From: an uncultured Actinomycetes bacterium
Lineage (GTDB): Bacteria; Actinomycetota; Thermoleophilia; RBG-16-64-13
Assembly: GCA_963841735.1 (NCBI GenBank)
Contig: CAWJDT010000001.1
Coordinates: forward strand, 768,001-832,000
Length of the DNA: 64,000 nt
Reading direction: 5' to 3'
The first letter of the stretch is position 1. Each line of letters begins with the position of its first letter. Position numbers and translations under genes: made by a program. Of the stretch, positions 21,164 to 31,106 are shown one piece after another. Under the pieces are notes generated by a model, which saw only the letters and a list, made by a program, of their open reading frames with translations, was not told where the DNA came from and searched no databases.

Positions 21164-22765
21164 ATGGCTGAGACACCGGGCAAACGACAGGACACGGTCA
21201 GGCCGGAGGACTATCTGCGGATAGTAAAGGACCGGGCCTGGATCATCATCTTGACGGTGGTGGTGCTGTTCCTGATCGCTTACTTCACCTCCATCCGGAC
21301 CACTCCGCTCTACAGCGCGTCCGCGGAGCTCGTCTACGAGAAGAGCAGCATGAACACTGCTGTCTTTGGCTATGAGATTCTCGGCTACGATTACGATCGC
21401 CCCCGCACCATCGAGACTGCTATCGCTGCCATCAGTAGGAATCTATCGATAGCCGAAGGGGTGAAGGCCCAACTCGGCGCAACCGGTGACGCGAGCAGGT
21501 TCTTGGGCATGGTGAGCGCCTCCGCGTCTGGCGAGACCGACCTAGTCACAGTCTCTGCCATAAGCACCGATTCCGGCGAGGCGGCGGCAGTGGCGAACGC
21601 GTTCGCCGACCAGTTCATCGTCTACCGCAAGAACATGGCCCGCGGCCTCATAGCTGAGGCCCGTGATTCCCTCAAGACAGAGCTGGACTCTCTCTCCGCG
21701 AGTGAAAAGCAAAGCCAGACCGGCCTGCAGCAGCAGGACAGGTACGACTCGTTGCGTATGTTGGAGAGCATGCAGAACGGGGACTTCACGGTTTTACGGC
21801 AGGCAACGGCTCCCGGGGCGCCCTATACGCCGCAAACGACACGCAACGTCGTCCTTGCAGTCGTGCTTGGCTTTGTTCTTGGCCTGGGACTTGCCTTCTT
21901 GCTGGAGTATCTCGACAAGCGCATCAAAGACGAAAAGACCTTGGAGCACGTGTCGGGTCTGCCGGTGCTGGCAAGCGTGCCGGTGGTCGCGGGGGGTTGG
22001 AAGAACGACAAGAAGGGGCGGCGATCAGCGGAGGCTGTCGGTTTTGAGAGAAGCGGGTCAGAGCTGCTTGAGGCGTTTCGGACTCTCCGCTCTACGCTGC
22101 AGTATTTCGATGTCGAAGACAGCCTTCACACCATAGTCATAACCAGCGGGCTGCCCCAGGAGGGCAAGACCGTCACCACTGTCAACCTGGCCATCAGCCT
22201 GGCTCTTTCGGGAAAGCGTGTGGTGGTCCTAGAAGCCGATCTACGCCGCCCCATGATGCACGAGTACCTCAACCTTGAGAACAACACCGGCCTTTCCAGC
22301 GTCCTGGCCGGCAAGTCCTCGGTTGCCAGCGCGCTGCAGCTGGTGCTGATGGATCCCTTCATCCCCGTCAGCACGCGCAAGGACCAGGGCGACCCCGACC
22401 CGGTGTTGCTGCGCAAGAACCTATACTGCGTCACCTCCGGGCCGCTGCCCCCCAACCCCGCCGAGCTCCTGGGATCGTCCCGAATGGCCCACGTCATCGC
22501 CGAGCTGAATCAGATGGCGGACTATCTGCTTATCGACACGCCGCCTGTGCTGCCCGTGTCCGATGCTCTCACCCTCGCCCGGCACGCCGACGCGGTGATC
22601 CTGACGGCTAGGCTGCATTCCACCACTCGGGGAGAGATGGAAGAGGTGCGTGAGCTGGTCACCAGGGCCGGGGTCCGGGTCATCGGTGTGGTCGCCGAAG
22701 GAGTCAAGACCAAACGCGGCTACTACTACAAGCGCCGCTACGGCTACGGGTACGGCTATCACTAG
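21164..22765 (+). CDS. polysaccharide biosynthesis tyrosine autokinase (Wzz+Wzc/CpsD fusion)
   Basis: Wzz-like N-terminus, EAFRTLRS, PQEGKT, EADLRRP, PPNPAELL, DTPP, Tyr-rich tail YYYKRRYGYGYGY. Confidence 0.92.
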   Translation: MAETPGKRQDTVRPEDYLRIVKDRAWIIILTVVVLFLIAYFTSIRTTPLYSASAELVYEKSSMNTAVFGYEILGYDYDRPRTIETAIAAISRNLSIAEGVKAQLGATGDASRFLGMVSASASGETDLVTVSAISTDSGEAAAVANAFADQFIVYRKNMARGLIAEARDSLKTELDSLSASEKQSQTGLQQQDRYDSLRMLESMQNGDFTVLRQATAPGAPYTPQTTRNVVLAVVLGFVLGLGLAFLLEYLDKRIKDEKTLEHVSGLPVLASVPVVAGGWKNDKKGRRSAEAVGFERSGSELLEAFRTLRSTLQYFDVEDSLHTIVITSGLPQEGKTVTTVNLAISLALSGKRVVVLEADLRRPMMHEYLNLENNTGLSSVLAGKSSVASALQLVLMDPFIPVSTRKDQGDPDPVLLRKNLYCVTSGPLPPNPAELLGSSRMAHVIAELNQMADYLLIDTPPVLPVSDALTLARHADAVILTARLHSTTRGEMEEVRELVTRAGVRVIGVVAEGVKTKRGYYYKRRYGYGYGYH

Positions 22766-22769
22766 AGAC

Positions 22770-23744
22770 ATGGCAGCACCGAAGGAATACTGGCGCTGGA
22801 GCGAAAAAGCCTGGCAGGCCTCCGACCTCGACTGGCGGAACGCCGTTGCCGTCACCGTGGGTGTCGACGTAGGGTCGGTCAGCTCTCAGGCCGTGCTGCT
22901 CGCCGACGGCAAGCTGCTCTCCTTCTGTTCCACCCGCACCGGCTCTTCGAGCCCCGACAGCGCGCTTAGAGCGTTCAAGGGAGCCGCCGAGCCGTTGGGG
23001 CTGACCCTGGACGATATCGCCTACGCCGTGGGCACGGGCTACGGCCGGGTAAACGTGCCCTTCGCTCATCGCACTATCACCGAGATCGCCTGCCACGCCC
23101 GGGGAGCCAACTTCATGGGCGGTCTCAGCGTGCGTACCATCCTCGACATGGGCGGACAGGACTGCAAAGTCATCCGCTGTGACGAGCGGGGCAAAGTGCT
23201 CAACTTCATCATGAACGACAAGTGCGCGGCCGGTACCGGCCGGGGCATGGAAGTCATCGCCGACGTGCTCTCGGTGCCCATCGAGGACATCGGCCGGCGC
23301 TCGTTTGAGATCGACGACGAGCCCCCTCCGGTGAGCAACGTGTGCACCGTGTTCGCCAAGTCGGAGGCCACCTCGCTTCTGCGCGCCGGGTGGAGCGTGG
23401 AGCGGGTGCTCGCCGCCTACTGTGGGGCCATGGCTCAGCGGGTGGCCGGACTGATCGAGCGGATGGAAGTGCAGCCGGAGTTCTTCATCACCGGGGGCAT
23501 CGGTAAGAACATCGGGGTGACCAGGCGGATCGAGCGGCTGATAGGGGTGGAGGCCATCAAACTGCCCGCCGGCTCGGTTCTTGACCCGCAGATTGCTGGG
23601 GCCCTTGGCGCGGCTTTGTTTGCCCACTCCCTGCATCGCAAGGAGCAGAAGAGGGTGACGGCTGAGGTCGCCGCCGTCGGGTCGGACGATGCCGCGGCTG
23701 CGACGCCGGCCGCTGCAGCGACTTCAGCCGGTGGCTTGGAATGA
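22770..23744 (+). CDS. bzdQ: benzoyl-CoA reductase bzd-type subunit Q-like activase
   Basis: N-terminal EYWRWSE...DW, GVDVGSVSSQAV, GTGYGRVNVPFA, EIACHARGA, MNDKCAAGTGR. Confidence 0.75.
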   Translation: MAAPKEYWRWSEKAWQASDLDWRNAVAVTVGVDVGSVSSQAVLLADGKLLSFCSTRTGSSSPDSALRAFKGAAEPLGLTLDDIAYAVGTGYGRVNVPFAHRTITEIACHARGANFMGGLSVRTILDMGGQDCKVIRCDERGKVLNFIMNDKCAAGTGRGMEVIADVLSVPIEDIGRRSFEIDDEPPPVSNVCTVFAKSEATSLLRAGWSVERVLAAYCGAMAQRVAGLIERMEVQPEFFITGGIGKNIGVTRRIERLIGVEAIKLPAGSVLDPQIAGALGAALFAHSLHRKEQKRVTAEVAAVGSDDAAAATPAAAATSAGGLE

Positions 23745-24034
23745 TCTCCAACTACGGATACGAGGACGGCTCGGGCTTCTACTACATCACCATCGATGGA
23801 GACGGTTGCGCGGAGTGCGCGACGCACGGATGTGTGAACGCATGCCCGCAGGCAGTGTATGTGCTCGAGATCGACGACTACGACGACCTCGTGGCCGTTG
23901 TGACCGAGGCGACCCGGCGCAGGCTCCGGGAGACCTGTTCCCCCTGCAAGGTCCCGAACGGGGGCGAAAGCGCCGAGCGCCCCCTGCCCTGTACGGACGC
24001 TTGTCAGACGGGTGCCCTGCGGCACAGCTGGTGA
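23741..24034 (+). CDS. ferredoxin-like protein (BzdM-like position)
   Basis: NYGYEDGSG.YYITID..C..C...C...CP, C..AC..GALRHSW. Confidence 0.75.
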   Translation: MISNYGYEDGSGFYYITIDGDGCAECATHGCVNACPQAVYVLEIDDYDDLVAVVTEATRRRLRETCSPCKVPNGGESAERPLPCTDACQTGALRHSW

Positions 24035-25158
24035 TGGCGGCGCCGGCTGGATCAAGGGAGACCGGCGACCCGGTTACGATCGAGGTGGACGGCGCGGTTG
24101 TGACTGTGGCGGCAGGGGCGACACTACTCGAGGCGTGCGATGCAGCCGGGTCATACGTGCCCCGGCTCTGTTGGTATCCGGGGCTGGGGTGCCCTGCGTG
24201 CACGGAGGGAGGCGGGACGGAATGCGGTCTCTGTGCCGTGAGCCTGGGCGAGGGCTCTGTTGTGTTCGCCTGCTGTGCCGAGGCGCACGAGGGCAGCCGG
24301 GTGGTGACCGACGACCCGGAGCTGCGGGCTCTGCGGTTGGAGCGGTTGGGCGCCATCCTGGCCCGACACCCCCACATCTGTCTCAGCTGCCCCGACCGCG
24401 ATGGGTGCAGTCGTAACGAGTGCACCTACGGTCATCCACCGGAAGCCCGCTGCTGCGACCGTTTCGGGAGCTGCGAACTGGGCAGGTTGGTGGAATACGT
24501 TGACGCGGGTGTCACGCTGCGCCGCCGCGCAGTGAGCGCGCCGCGCGCCGCGGTCACCGAGGGGCGCATCAGGCGCGAACCGGGGCTTTGTGTGGGCTGC
24601 GGGCGCTGCATCCGCATGTGCGCCGTCTCGCCGGAAGCGGGGCGGGTGTTGATTGCCGTGGATGGGGAGAACCGACCGGTTGCCCAACCGAGGGTGGGCA
24701 ACCTCCGGGAATCCGGCTGCACTTTCTGCGGGCTCTGTGTCATGGTCTGCCCCACCGGCGCCCTGACCGCGCCGGGCGAGGCGGGGGTTCGCTGGCTGGC
24801 CGGCCGTAGGGAGAAGCACAGCCCCGCGGCTCCCACGCTGCCACCGCGGACGCGGATGATGGCCATTCCCGCGGACCTGTCGGCGGTGCCCTGCGGTTCA
24901 GGGCTGTTCAGGCTGCTGGACCAGAACGAACGGGTGCTTCTCATCAGCGGCGTGGCCGATCTGCGCTCGGGAGTGTCAGCGGCCCTCGGCGAGGCGGGGG
25001 GCGAGCAGGCCGCCTTCTTGGAGTTGGAGTTGGAGTCGCTTTACACGCAGCGGGAGACCGAAGCCTTGGCCCAATATGTGCGGGAGCACGGCTATCTGCC
25101 CTCTGGGAACGATCTGGGCGACGACCTATTCGGCGAAGACCTCTTCGGGGACGACTAG
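24034..25158 (+). CDS. [2Fe-2S]/[4Fe-4S] protein with BzdV-like C-terminal domain
   Basis: YVPRLC...CGLC, HPHICLSC, CVGCGRC, CTFCGLCVMVCPTGAL, C-terminal LYTQRETEALAQY...G.LPSGND...DDLF. Confidence 0.7.
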   Translation: MAAPAGSRETGDPVTIEVDGAVVTVAAGATLLEACDAAGSYVPRLCWYPGLGCPACTEGGGTECGLCAVSLGEGSVVFACCAEAHEGSRVVTDDPELRALRLERLGAILARHPHICLSCPDRDGCSRNECTYGHPPEARCCDRFGSCELGRLVEYVDAGVTLRRRAVSAPRAAVTEGRIRREPGLCVGCGRCIRMCAVSPEAGRVLIAVDGENRPVAQPRVGNLRESGCTFCGLCVMVCPTGALTAPGEAGVRWLAGRREKHSPAAPTLPPRTRMMAIPADLSAVPCGSGLFRLLDQNERVLLISGVADLRSGVSAALGEAGGEQAAFLELELESLYTQRETEALAQYVREHGYLPSGNDLGDDLFGEDLFGDD

Positions 25159-25632
25159 GTGATGGTTGTCGGCGTGATATCCGACACCCACGGGCAGCTC
25201 TCTCCCCGGGTGAAGACGTTACTGCAGGGGAGCGACCACATCGTCCATGCCGGCGACATCGGTTCCGAGAGAGTGTTGGAGGAGTTGCGGGCCATAGCGC
25301 CCGTGACCGCGGTGCGGGGAAATTGTGACACGGAGGCCTGGGCTCGGGCCCTCCCCGTGCGGGCCGAGCTCGAGCTGGGTGGCGTCCGCATCGTGGTGGG
25401 GCACATCGCGGCCGCGCTGCGGGTCGCCTTCGATTCCCAGGTGGTCATCACCGGCCACAGCCACATGGCGGCGCTCCAGTGGCGCGGGGCGGTCCTCCAT
25501 CTCAATCCTGGGTCCGCAGGACCCCAGCGGTTTGGGCGTATGCGCTCTGTCGCTCGGCTGGTCATCCATGCTGCCGGGGATGACCAGCCGAGCGGTCAGA
25601 TCGACGCCGAGATAGTGAACGCCGAGGGCTAG
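25159..25632 (+). CDS. YfcE-like metallophosphoesterase
   Basis: SDTHG, HAGD, VRGNCD, GHSH, NPGS. Confidence 0.92.
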   Translation: MMVVGVISDTHGQLSPRVKTLLQGSDHIVHAGDIGSERVLEELRAIAPVTAVRGNCDTEAWARALPVRAELELGGVRIVVGHIAAALRVAFDSQVVITGHSHMAALQWRGAVLHLNPGSAGPQRFGRMRSVARLVIHAAGDDQPSGQIDAEIVNAEG

Positions 25633-25634
25633 TT

Positions 25635-26846
25635 CTACAAGCTGCGAGCCACGTGGCTGGTGAGTTCGCCGAGCCGGTGGGTGTAGCTGCCTAACTCGTT
25701 GTCATACCAGCCGAACACCTTCACATGGGTGAGTGGCACGCGGTGGACGCCGCCGTCGAGCTTGAGATCGACAAATCCGGTGCGGGTGTGGGTCTCAACC
25801 GCTTCGATAACCACAGCCGCGTCCTCAGCCAGAATGTCGGCCGACACGTTCTGGTCTTCGCTGTACTTGACAAGGGCGTGAGACTCGCCGCTGGCGGCTT
25901 CCTTGTAGATGGCGTTGATCTTGTCGCGGTCCACCGAAACGGTGCCGTCGGGCAGCATCTCGGTCTGGAACGTGACATTGAGAATGACCAGGCTGACGCT
26001 GGCCGTGGGTATGCGCACCGAGTCGGCCATGAAGCCGATGGCGGCTATCTCGGGCATCACGTGCTCCAGCGCCTTGGCGGCGTTGGTGGAGGTGATGACG
26101 ACGTTGTTGGCGCCCGATCGGGTCTTGCGAAGATCGGTAGCTCCGGCACTGGGGACCGTGTCAAGTATCGGCTGGCTGGAGGTGACCGCGTGCACCGTGC
26201 TCATGCCCGCGGTGATCATGTTCTGGGTGAGGTCGCGCACCAGCAGCGGCCGCAGCATGTGAGCGAGGGCGGTGGTGGTGCAGGATGCGGCCGAGACCAG
26301 CTTGTGCTTGCCGGGGTCATAGTCGAGGTGGTTGATCCCCTGGATAAGGATGGCAGAGTCGGCCGGCAGAGGAACACCCTCAAGCTTGCTCTTGAACGGA
26401 GAGCTCTGGACAACCGCCCTTGCCCCGGCGGCTAGGTGGCCGCGAAGTGCTCCCTTGGGGTCGTCCGCCTCGGCGTGCGGATCGCGGAACTTGCCAGTGC
26501 AGTCGACCACCAGGCTGACGCCGTTGTCGCGCCAGGGGATGTCTTTGGGGTTGCGGGTTTCGCGCAGGAAGACGATCTCTTTGCCGTGGGCGCGGATAAC
26601 GCCCATATTCTCATCGACAACTTGGATGTCGGGCTTGGCCAGGTGGCCGCCAAGATAGCGGTGAAGCGGTCCGTACGTGCTGTCCTTGCCTACGTACTGG
26701 GCTATCGAGCTCATAGACGTGCCCACGGGCCGGCCCACGTTGACCACAAAACGATCGAAGCTGTCGTGGCCCAGGTGGTACCAGAGAGTCAGCTTGCCGA
26801 TGCGGCCCAAACCATTGATTCCCAACGTTCGCGGAGCACCCATCAT
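25635..26846 (-). CDS. divergent type I glyceraldehyde-3-phosphate dehydrogenase
   Basis: GINGLGRIGK, DSTYG, SAASCTTTALA, FGWYDNE; long (403 aa) with insertions. Confidence 0.85.
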   Translation of the reverse strand: MMGAPRTLGINGLGRIGKLTLWYHLGHDSFDRFVVNVGRPVGTSMSSIAQYVGKDSTYGPLHRYLGGHLAKPDIQVVDENMGVIRAHGKEIVFLRETRNPKDIPWRDNGVSLVVDCTGKFRDPHAEADDPKGALRGHLAAGARAVVQSSPFKSKLEGVPLPADSAILIQGINHLDYDPGKHKLVSAASCTTTALAHMLRPLLVRDLTQNMITAGMSTVHAVTSSQPILDTVPSAGATDLRKTRSGANNVVITSTNAAKALEHVMPEIAAIGFMADSVRIPTASVSLVILNVTFQTEMLPDGTVSVDRDKINAIYKEAASGESHALVKYSEDQNVSADILAEDAAVVIEAVETHTRTGFVDLKLDGGVHRVPLTHVKVFGWYDNELGSYTHRLGELTSHVARSL

Positions 26847-26909
26847 TATTCCCTTCTAGCTCATCTCGTTGATCGAGAGTTATCTCCGTACTTGCATGTG
26901 TCGCGGCAA

Positions 26910-29900
26910 CTAGGCCCGCTCCCTCAGCGGTAGGCGTCCCAAGAACGAGTTGCCCGTGCGTCCGTCGATGGAGAGCCAATCTCCGGGCTTCAGCTCGGTT
27001 CCCGCCAAGCGGGCGGTGCCTTGGTGCTCCAGCACCTCCAGCGACCGGCAATCGACCACGGCGGTCTTGCCCAGACGCTTAGCAGTGACGGCTGCGTGCG
27101 AGGTCGCCCCGCCCCTAGCTGTGAGGAGGCCGGAGACTCGGGTGATCATGGCGATGTCTTCGGGCACTGTGTCCGGGCGCAGCAGAAGGATGTTGTCTTC
27201 GGGCGCTTCCGCAGTCAGGCGGTCGATCTGCTCCATGTCGATGGCCACCCGGCCCGAGTAAGCCCCGCCCGACACTCCCATACCCACCGCGAGCGGAGGG
27301 CCAAAAAGCTTTGAGTGGGCGTCGAAGAAAGGAGCATCGTCTTGTTGCTCGTGCACCATGGGACGCTTCTGTAGGATGTAGAGGTCGTCGCCCGAGGCTG
27401 ATTCAAAGGTGAACTCAATCTCCTGCGCGTCGTGTTCACGCCTGCCCACCAGGTCGCGGGCCACCCCGAGCAGAGCCTGGTAGACCTCGGGATAATCCTT
27501 TTCCAAAGAATGCTCCAGTCCCCGGTAGGTGGGGCTGCCGAGCCGCTGGGCTTCGGAGATGGGCCAGGGGAACACCAGGCCACCGACCAGGTCCTCTCCT
27601 TGGCTGCGGGCGGTGAAGTCTCCAAAGAGCCGCACCTGGCTGCTGTAGGGCTCCAGAGGGTTGCGGGTGAAGGTGACACCCGACCCCGATTCGCGACTGA
27701 GGTTGCCGAAGACCATGCGCTGCACCACTACGGCCGTGCCCCATTCCGGAGCGATGCCCAGATAGCGGCGGAAGAGCTGCGCCTCTGGAGAGTCCCAGGA
27801 GCTGAGCACCTTGCGCACACACCCCACTACCTGGCGGAAGGGATCGTCGATGAACTTCACGCCCATCTCGCGGGCGCGGGCCTTATAGGCAAGGGCAAGT
27901 GCGCGCATGTGCTCCGGCGGGAAGTCGAGCTTGCGTTCGATGCCGTAGCGAGCCTTGAACTCGGTCATTATGTCGTCGAAGAAGTCCCGTCGGATGCCCG
28001 ACGCCATCGCCCACGCCTGCAGGAAGCGCCGGTAGGAGTCCCACGCAGCCCACTCGAACCCGGGTTTGAGCGAAAGCGTCTCGGTCAAGCGGTCATTGAG
28101 CCCCACGTCGATGAAGGTGGACATGAGCCCCGGCATAGAGATGGCCGCTCCCGACCGTATGGAGAGGGTGAGTAGCCGGGTGGGGTCGCCAAGATTCAGG
28201 CTCGTCTCCTTCTCTAGCCTGCCGAGGGCGACTCGGATGCGCTCAAGGGTGTCGTCGAAGAGGGGCCGGTGGGCCATGGCGGGCATCGCGCCGAACAGCT
28301 CCGTGGAGAGGATGAAGCCCGGCGGCACCCTGTGCCCATAGGAGGCCATCTGTTTCAGGCCTAGGCCCTTGAAGCCCAAGGTCCTCTGATCGTCGGTGCT
28401 GGCCTTCGCGCTGTGTATGGGCGAGATCAGGCGCTCGGGGTCGTAGTTCATCATGCGGGTTAGGGCCGGGTTGCTCAGTCGGCCGGTGAGAGTCGAGATC
28501 TGCCGCAGCGCGGCCGAGACGAAGCGGTCGAGGGTCTGCATGCCCAGAGCCGACACCAACACTTCGCGCAGCACCATCTCGGCGACGGCGTCCAGCGACA
28601 TGCCCCTCGCCTCGCACTGCCGGGGATCGTGCTCGAGTACGGTGTGGAGCACCTGGTCGTGGCTGAGGATGGAGGTCCGCGACAGTTCTGTGACTGAGGC
28701 TACGATGAACTGGAAGACATTGCGGTACTGGTGGAAGGTGAAGTTGTAGCTGCTGAAGCTCGACTCCAGCAATCTCATGTTGGCGGCCAAGTCGCGGGAG
28801 TCAATGCCGTCCGCGGCCAAAGCGCGTTCGAAGCGGCGGATCGTAGCGCTCATGCGGCGCAGGGAGTCGCGGGTCACGTAGTGGTCGACCCCCTCCGATA
28901 CCAGGTCCTCCAGCAGGCGTGTCACCAGGTTCTCTACTCGGAACGACAGCCCCAACGCGTCGAACTTGGCCTCCGTATAGGTGCCGTAGATTGAGGGGAT
29001 GCCGGCTGCGATGTGGCGCTTCTGGTAGATGTTCTCCACAGCCACAGACGGGGTGGGGCTGAGGACGATAGTCTGCAACTCCTCCAGAAGCATGAGTGCT
29101 ACGTCGAGCAGGCGCTCACGGGAGGCATGGGTGCGTTCCTGCTGCCAGGCCGCGAGGGCTTTGCCGAAAGACAGTCGCGTGGGCGAAGCCAGCTGCAGGT
29201 GCCGGCTCACTGCCGGGCCTACGTCGTCGGCCGAGAGCGAGTATTTCTGAGCCAGCAGCTGATGGGTGCGGACCATCAGGGCCACTCGCCTGTGACACTG
29301 GCCTCCCACCAAGTCGCATTGCGAGCCGCCGGCCAGGGCCTCCTCCAGGTCGGTCGCGGACATCTGGATCAGCCGCTCCACGAAGGCGTCGATACCCTTG
29401 GGCGACAAAGGCTCCGGCGGTTCCGGTGCGAGCGGCCCCTGGTGCTGTACCGGCAGGGACTCCCGCAGGGCGAGCAGCATATCGTGCGGCTGCTTTGCCC
29501 ACTCCAGTTCACGCTGCACGGCAGCCAAGGTGTTGGCCGAGAGATACGGTTCCAACCCTTTCGTATCTAAGGTGAGCCAATAGGTGAAGACCGCCCGGGC
29601 GAAGGCCACCAGCCGGTTTGACGATTCCGCGTGCGACTGCTTGCGCACGAAGTGCATCAAAGTGTCCCGCCGCCCGCAGATCTCGTCGAGCTCCGTGGAG
29701 ACGGCGCGAAGCTCGCCCTCGGCGCCCACGTCGTTGAAATACACGGGAAAGGAGCGTAGCAACTGCTTGGCCACGAAGTAGATGGGCCTGATGTCGGCAT
29801 TGAGGAAGCGGGTAACATCTCGCTGAAAGAGGTCCGTGTCGGCGATATACACGCCGCCCAAGCGCAACTGCACATTGAGGGCCGCCGCCAGCCGTTCGTA

Positions 29901-31106
29901 CAGGGCTGGGTTGGACTCGATGATGTGCATCCAGCACCGGATCTTGGGCAGGTGGTAGGGGTTGACCACCGTCTCCCATTCGTCAGTGGCGCCCTGGATC
30001 TCGGGGTACTGGAATCGCCAGTAGAGCACGTCCTCGATCAGGTGGTCGGCCGCGGCCGCGTTGTTGGCTTCGCCGATGGCCACCCCGATGGCTTCGTAGC
30101 ATTGGAAGCGCATCAGTAGGAACTGGTTGTCCCGAGCTCGGAAGAAGCGGGTCAAGCGGCTGAGTACGCGGTCGATGTCCATCTGCCCCTCAGGCCTCAT
30201 GAGCTGGCGCACCACAGTCAGGAGGTCGACCATGACCTCGTTCTGACGGTAGCCCAGCGTGTCGTCCTTGAGGAAGTAGAGGCACACAGCAAACCGGTCT
30301 TCCAGGTTGTCTATGCGAAACACCTGGTCGATGGCCTCGTCAAGGATGGTGGAGAAGGTGGGGAGTTCGGCGGAGAGCAAATCACTCGGCGAGGCTTTCT
30401 CGGCCCGGCCGATCAAGGCCCTGATCCGGTCGGGAGCAAGGGCCGTAAAGCCGGCGGCCACCTTGTCGCGGTCGGTCAGCTCCGCCTCTTCAGACACGGC
30501 CCACTCGGGAATTGGCAACCGCTGCGCCACCCGGCGGTATCCCAAAAGGAGCAACGAGCGGTATAGCTCCGCAAAGGCCGGTGCGATCTTATTCCGGGTG
30601 CTTGCTGCTCGCACCAGGTGGTGTAGCAAGGTGTCGCGCTCCAGCGCGGCCAGGGTCTGACGCGGGATGAAGTCCGAGAGGGACTTGGCGATCTGCTGCA
30701 GAGGCTTGTCATAGGAGTCGCCGTGCGGACCCGACAAGGCCGCCGTACACCAGGTTAGGAGTTGCCGCAGAAGAAGCGAGGCCTGGCCGGTGGAAAGCTG
30801 CGCGTCGAGGAGATCGAGCACCAGTTTGGAGAGTAGGGAGAACATCTTCGCTCGCTCGTCGGAGCGCTCGAGATAGCTCCAATTGCGCAGCAGTATGATC
30901 TGGAAGCCGTCGATGAGCAGGTCGGTGTTGCGGTATGCGTGAAAGTACTCCTCCAGGGTCTCGGTGAGTGGCAAGTTCACCCCGGGGTAGCGTTCGGTCG
31001 CCCGCAGAAGGGGCAGATAGCGATCAGGGATCACTACCGCCTGGGCAGTTCTCCCTATGTTGGCTCGGAGCGCGTCGGAGTCGAGCGGTATCTCGATGGG
31101 GTCCAT
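26910..31106 (-). CDS. giant PPDK-like protein (long N-terminal region + ATP-grasp + phospho-His swivel domain; no C-terminal pyruvate barrel)
   Basis: LGFKG, VPPGF, SIRSGAAISMPG, VQRMVFGN, QGEDLVGG, GGATSHAAV at the extreme C-terminus. Confidence 0.8.
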   Translation of the reverse strand: MDPIEIPLDSDALRANIGRTAQAVVIPDRYLPLLRATERYPGVNLPLTETLEEYFHAYRNTDLLIDGFQIILLRNWSYLERSDERAKMFSLLSKLVLDLLDAQLSTGQASLLLRQLLTWCTAALSGPHGDSYDKPLQQIAKSLSDFIPRQTLAALERDTLLHHLVRAASTRNKIAPAFAELYRSLLLLGYRRVAQRLPIPEWAVSEEAELTDRDKVAAGFTALAPDRIRALIGRAEKASPSDLLSAELPTFSTILDEAIDQVFRIDNLEDRFAVCLYFLKDDTLGYRQNEVMVDLLTVVRQLMRPEGQMDIDRVLSRLTRFFRARDNQFLLMRFQCYEAIGVAIGEANNAAAADHLIEDVLYWRFQYPEIQGATDEWETVVNPYHLPKIRCWMHIIESNPALYERLAAALNVQLRLGGVYIADTDLFQRDVTRFLNADIRPIYFVAKQLLRSFPVYFNDVGAEGELRAVSTELDEICGRRDTLMHFVRKQSHAESSNRLVAFARAVFTYWLTLDTKGLEPYLSANTLAAVQRELEWAKQPHDMLLALRESLPVQHQGPLAPEPPEPLSPKGIDAFVERLIQMSATDLEEALAGGSQCDLVGGQCHRRVALMVRTHQLLAQKYSLSADDVGPAVSRHLQLASPTRLSFGKALAAWQQERTHASRERLLDVALMLLEELQTIVLSPTPSVAVENIYQKRHIAAGIPSIYGTYTEAKFDALGLSFRVENLVTRLLEDLVSEGVDHYVTRDSLRRMSATIRRFERALAADGIDSRDLAANMRLLESSFSSYNFTFHQYRNVFQFIVASVTELSRTSILSHDQVLHTVLEHDPRQCEARGMSLDAVAEMVLREVLVSALGMQTLDRFVSAALRQISTLTGRLSNPALTRMMNYDPERLISPIHSAKASTDDQRTLGFKGLGLKQMASYGHRVPPGFILSTELFGAMPAMAHRPLFDDTLERIRVALGRLEKETSLNLGDPTRLLTLSIRSGAAISMPGLMSTFIDVGLNDRLTETLSLKPGFEWAAWDSYRRFLQAWAMASGIRRDFFDDIMTEFKARYGIERKLDFPPEHMRALALAYKARAREMGVKFIDDPFRQVVGCVRKVLSSWDSPEAQLFRRYLGIAPEWGTAVVVQRMVFGNLSRESGSGVTFTRNPLEPYSSQVRLFGDFTARSQGEDLVGGLVFPWPISEAQRLGSPTYRGLEHSLEKDYPEVYQALLGVARDLVGRREHDAQEIEFTFESASGDDLYILQKRPMVHEQQDDAPFFDAHSKLFGPPLAVGMGVSGGAYSGRVAIDMEQIDRLTAEAPEDNILLLRPDTVPEDIAMITRVSGLLTARGGATSHAAVTAKRLGKTAVVDCRSLEVLEHQGTARLAGTELKPGDWLSIDGRTGNSFLGRLPLRERA

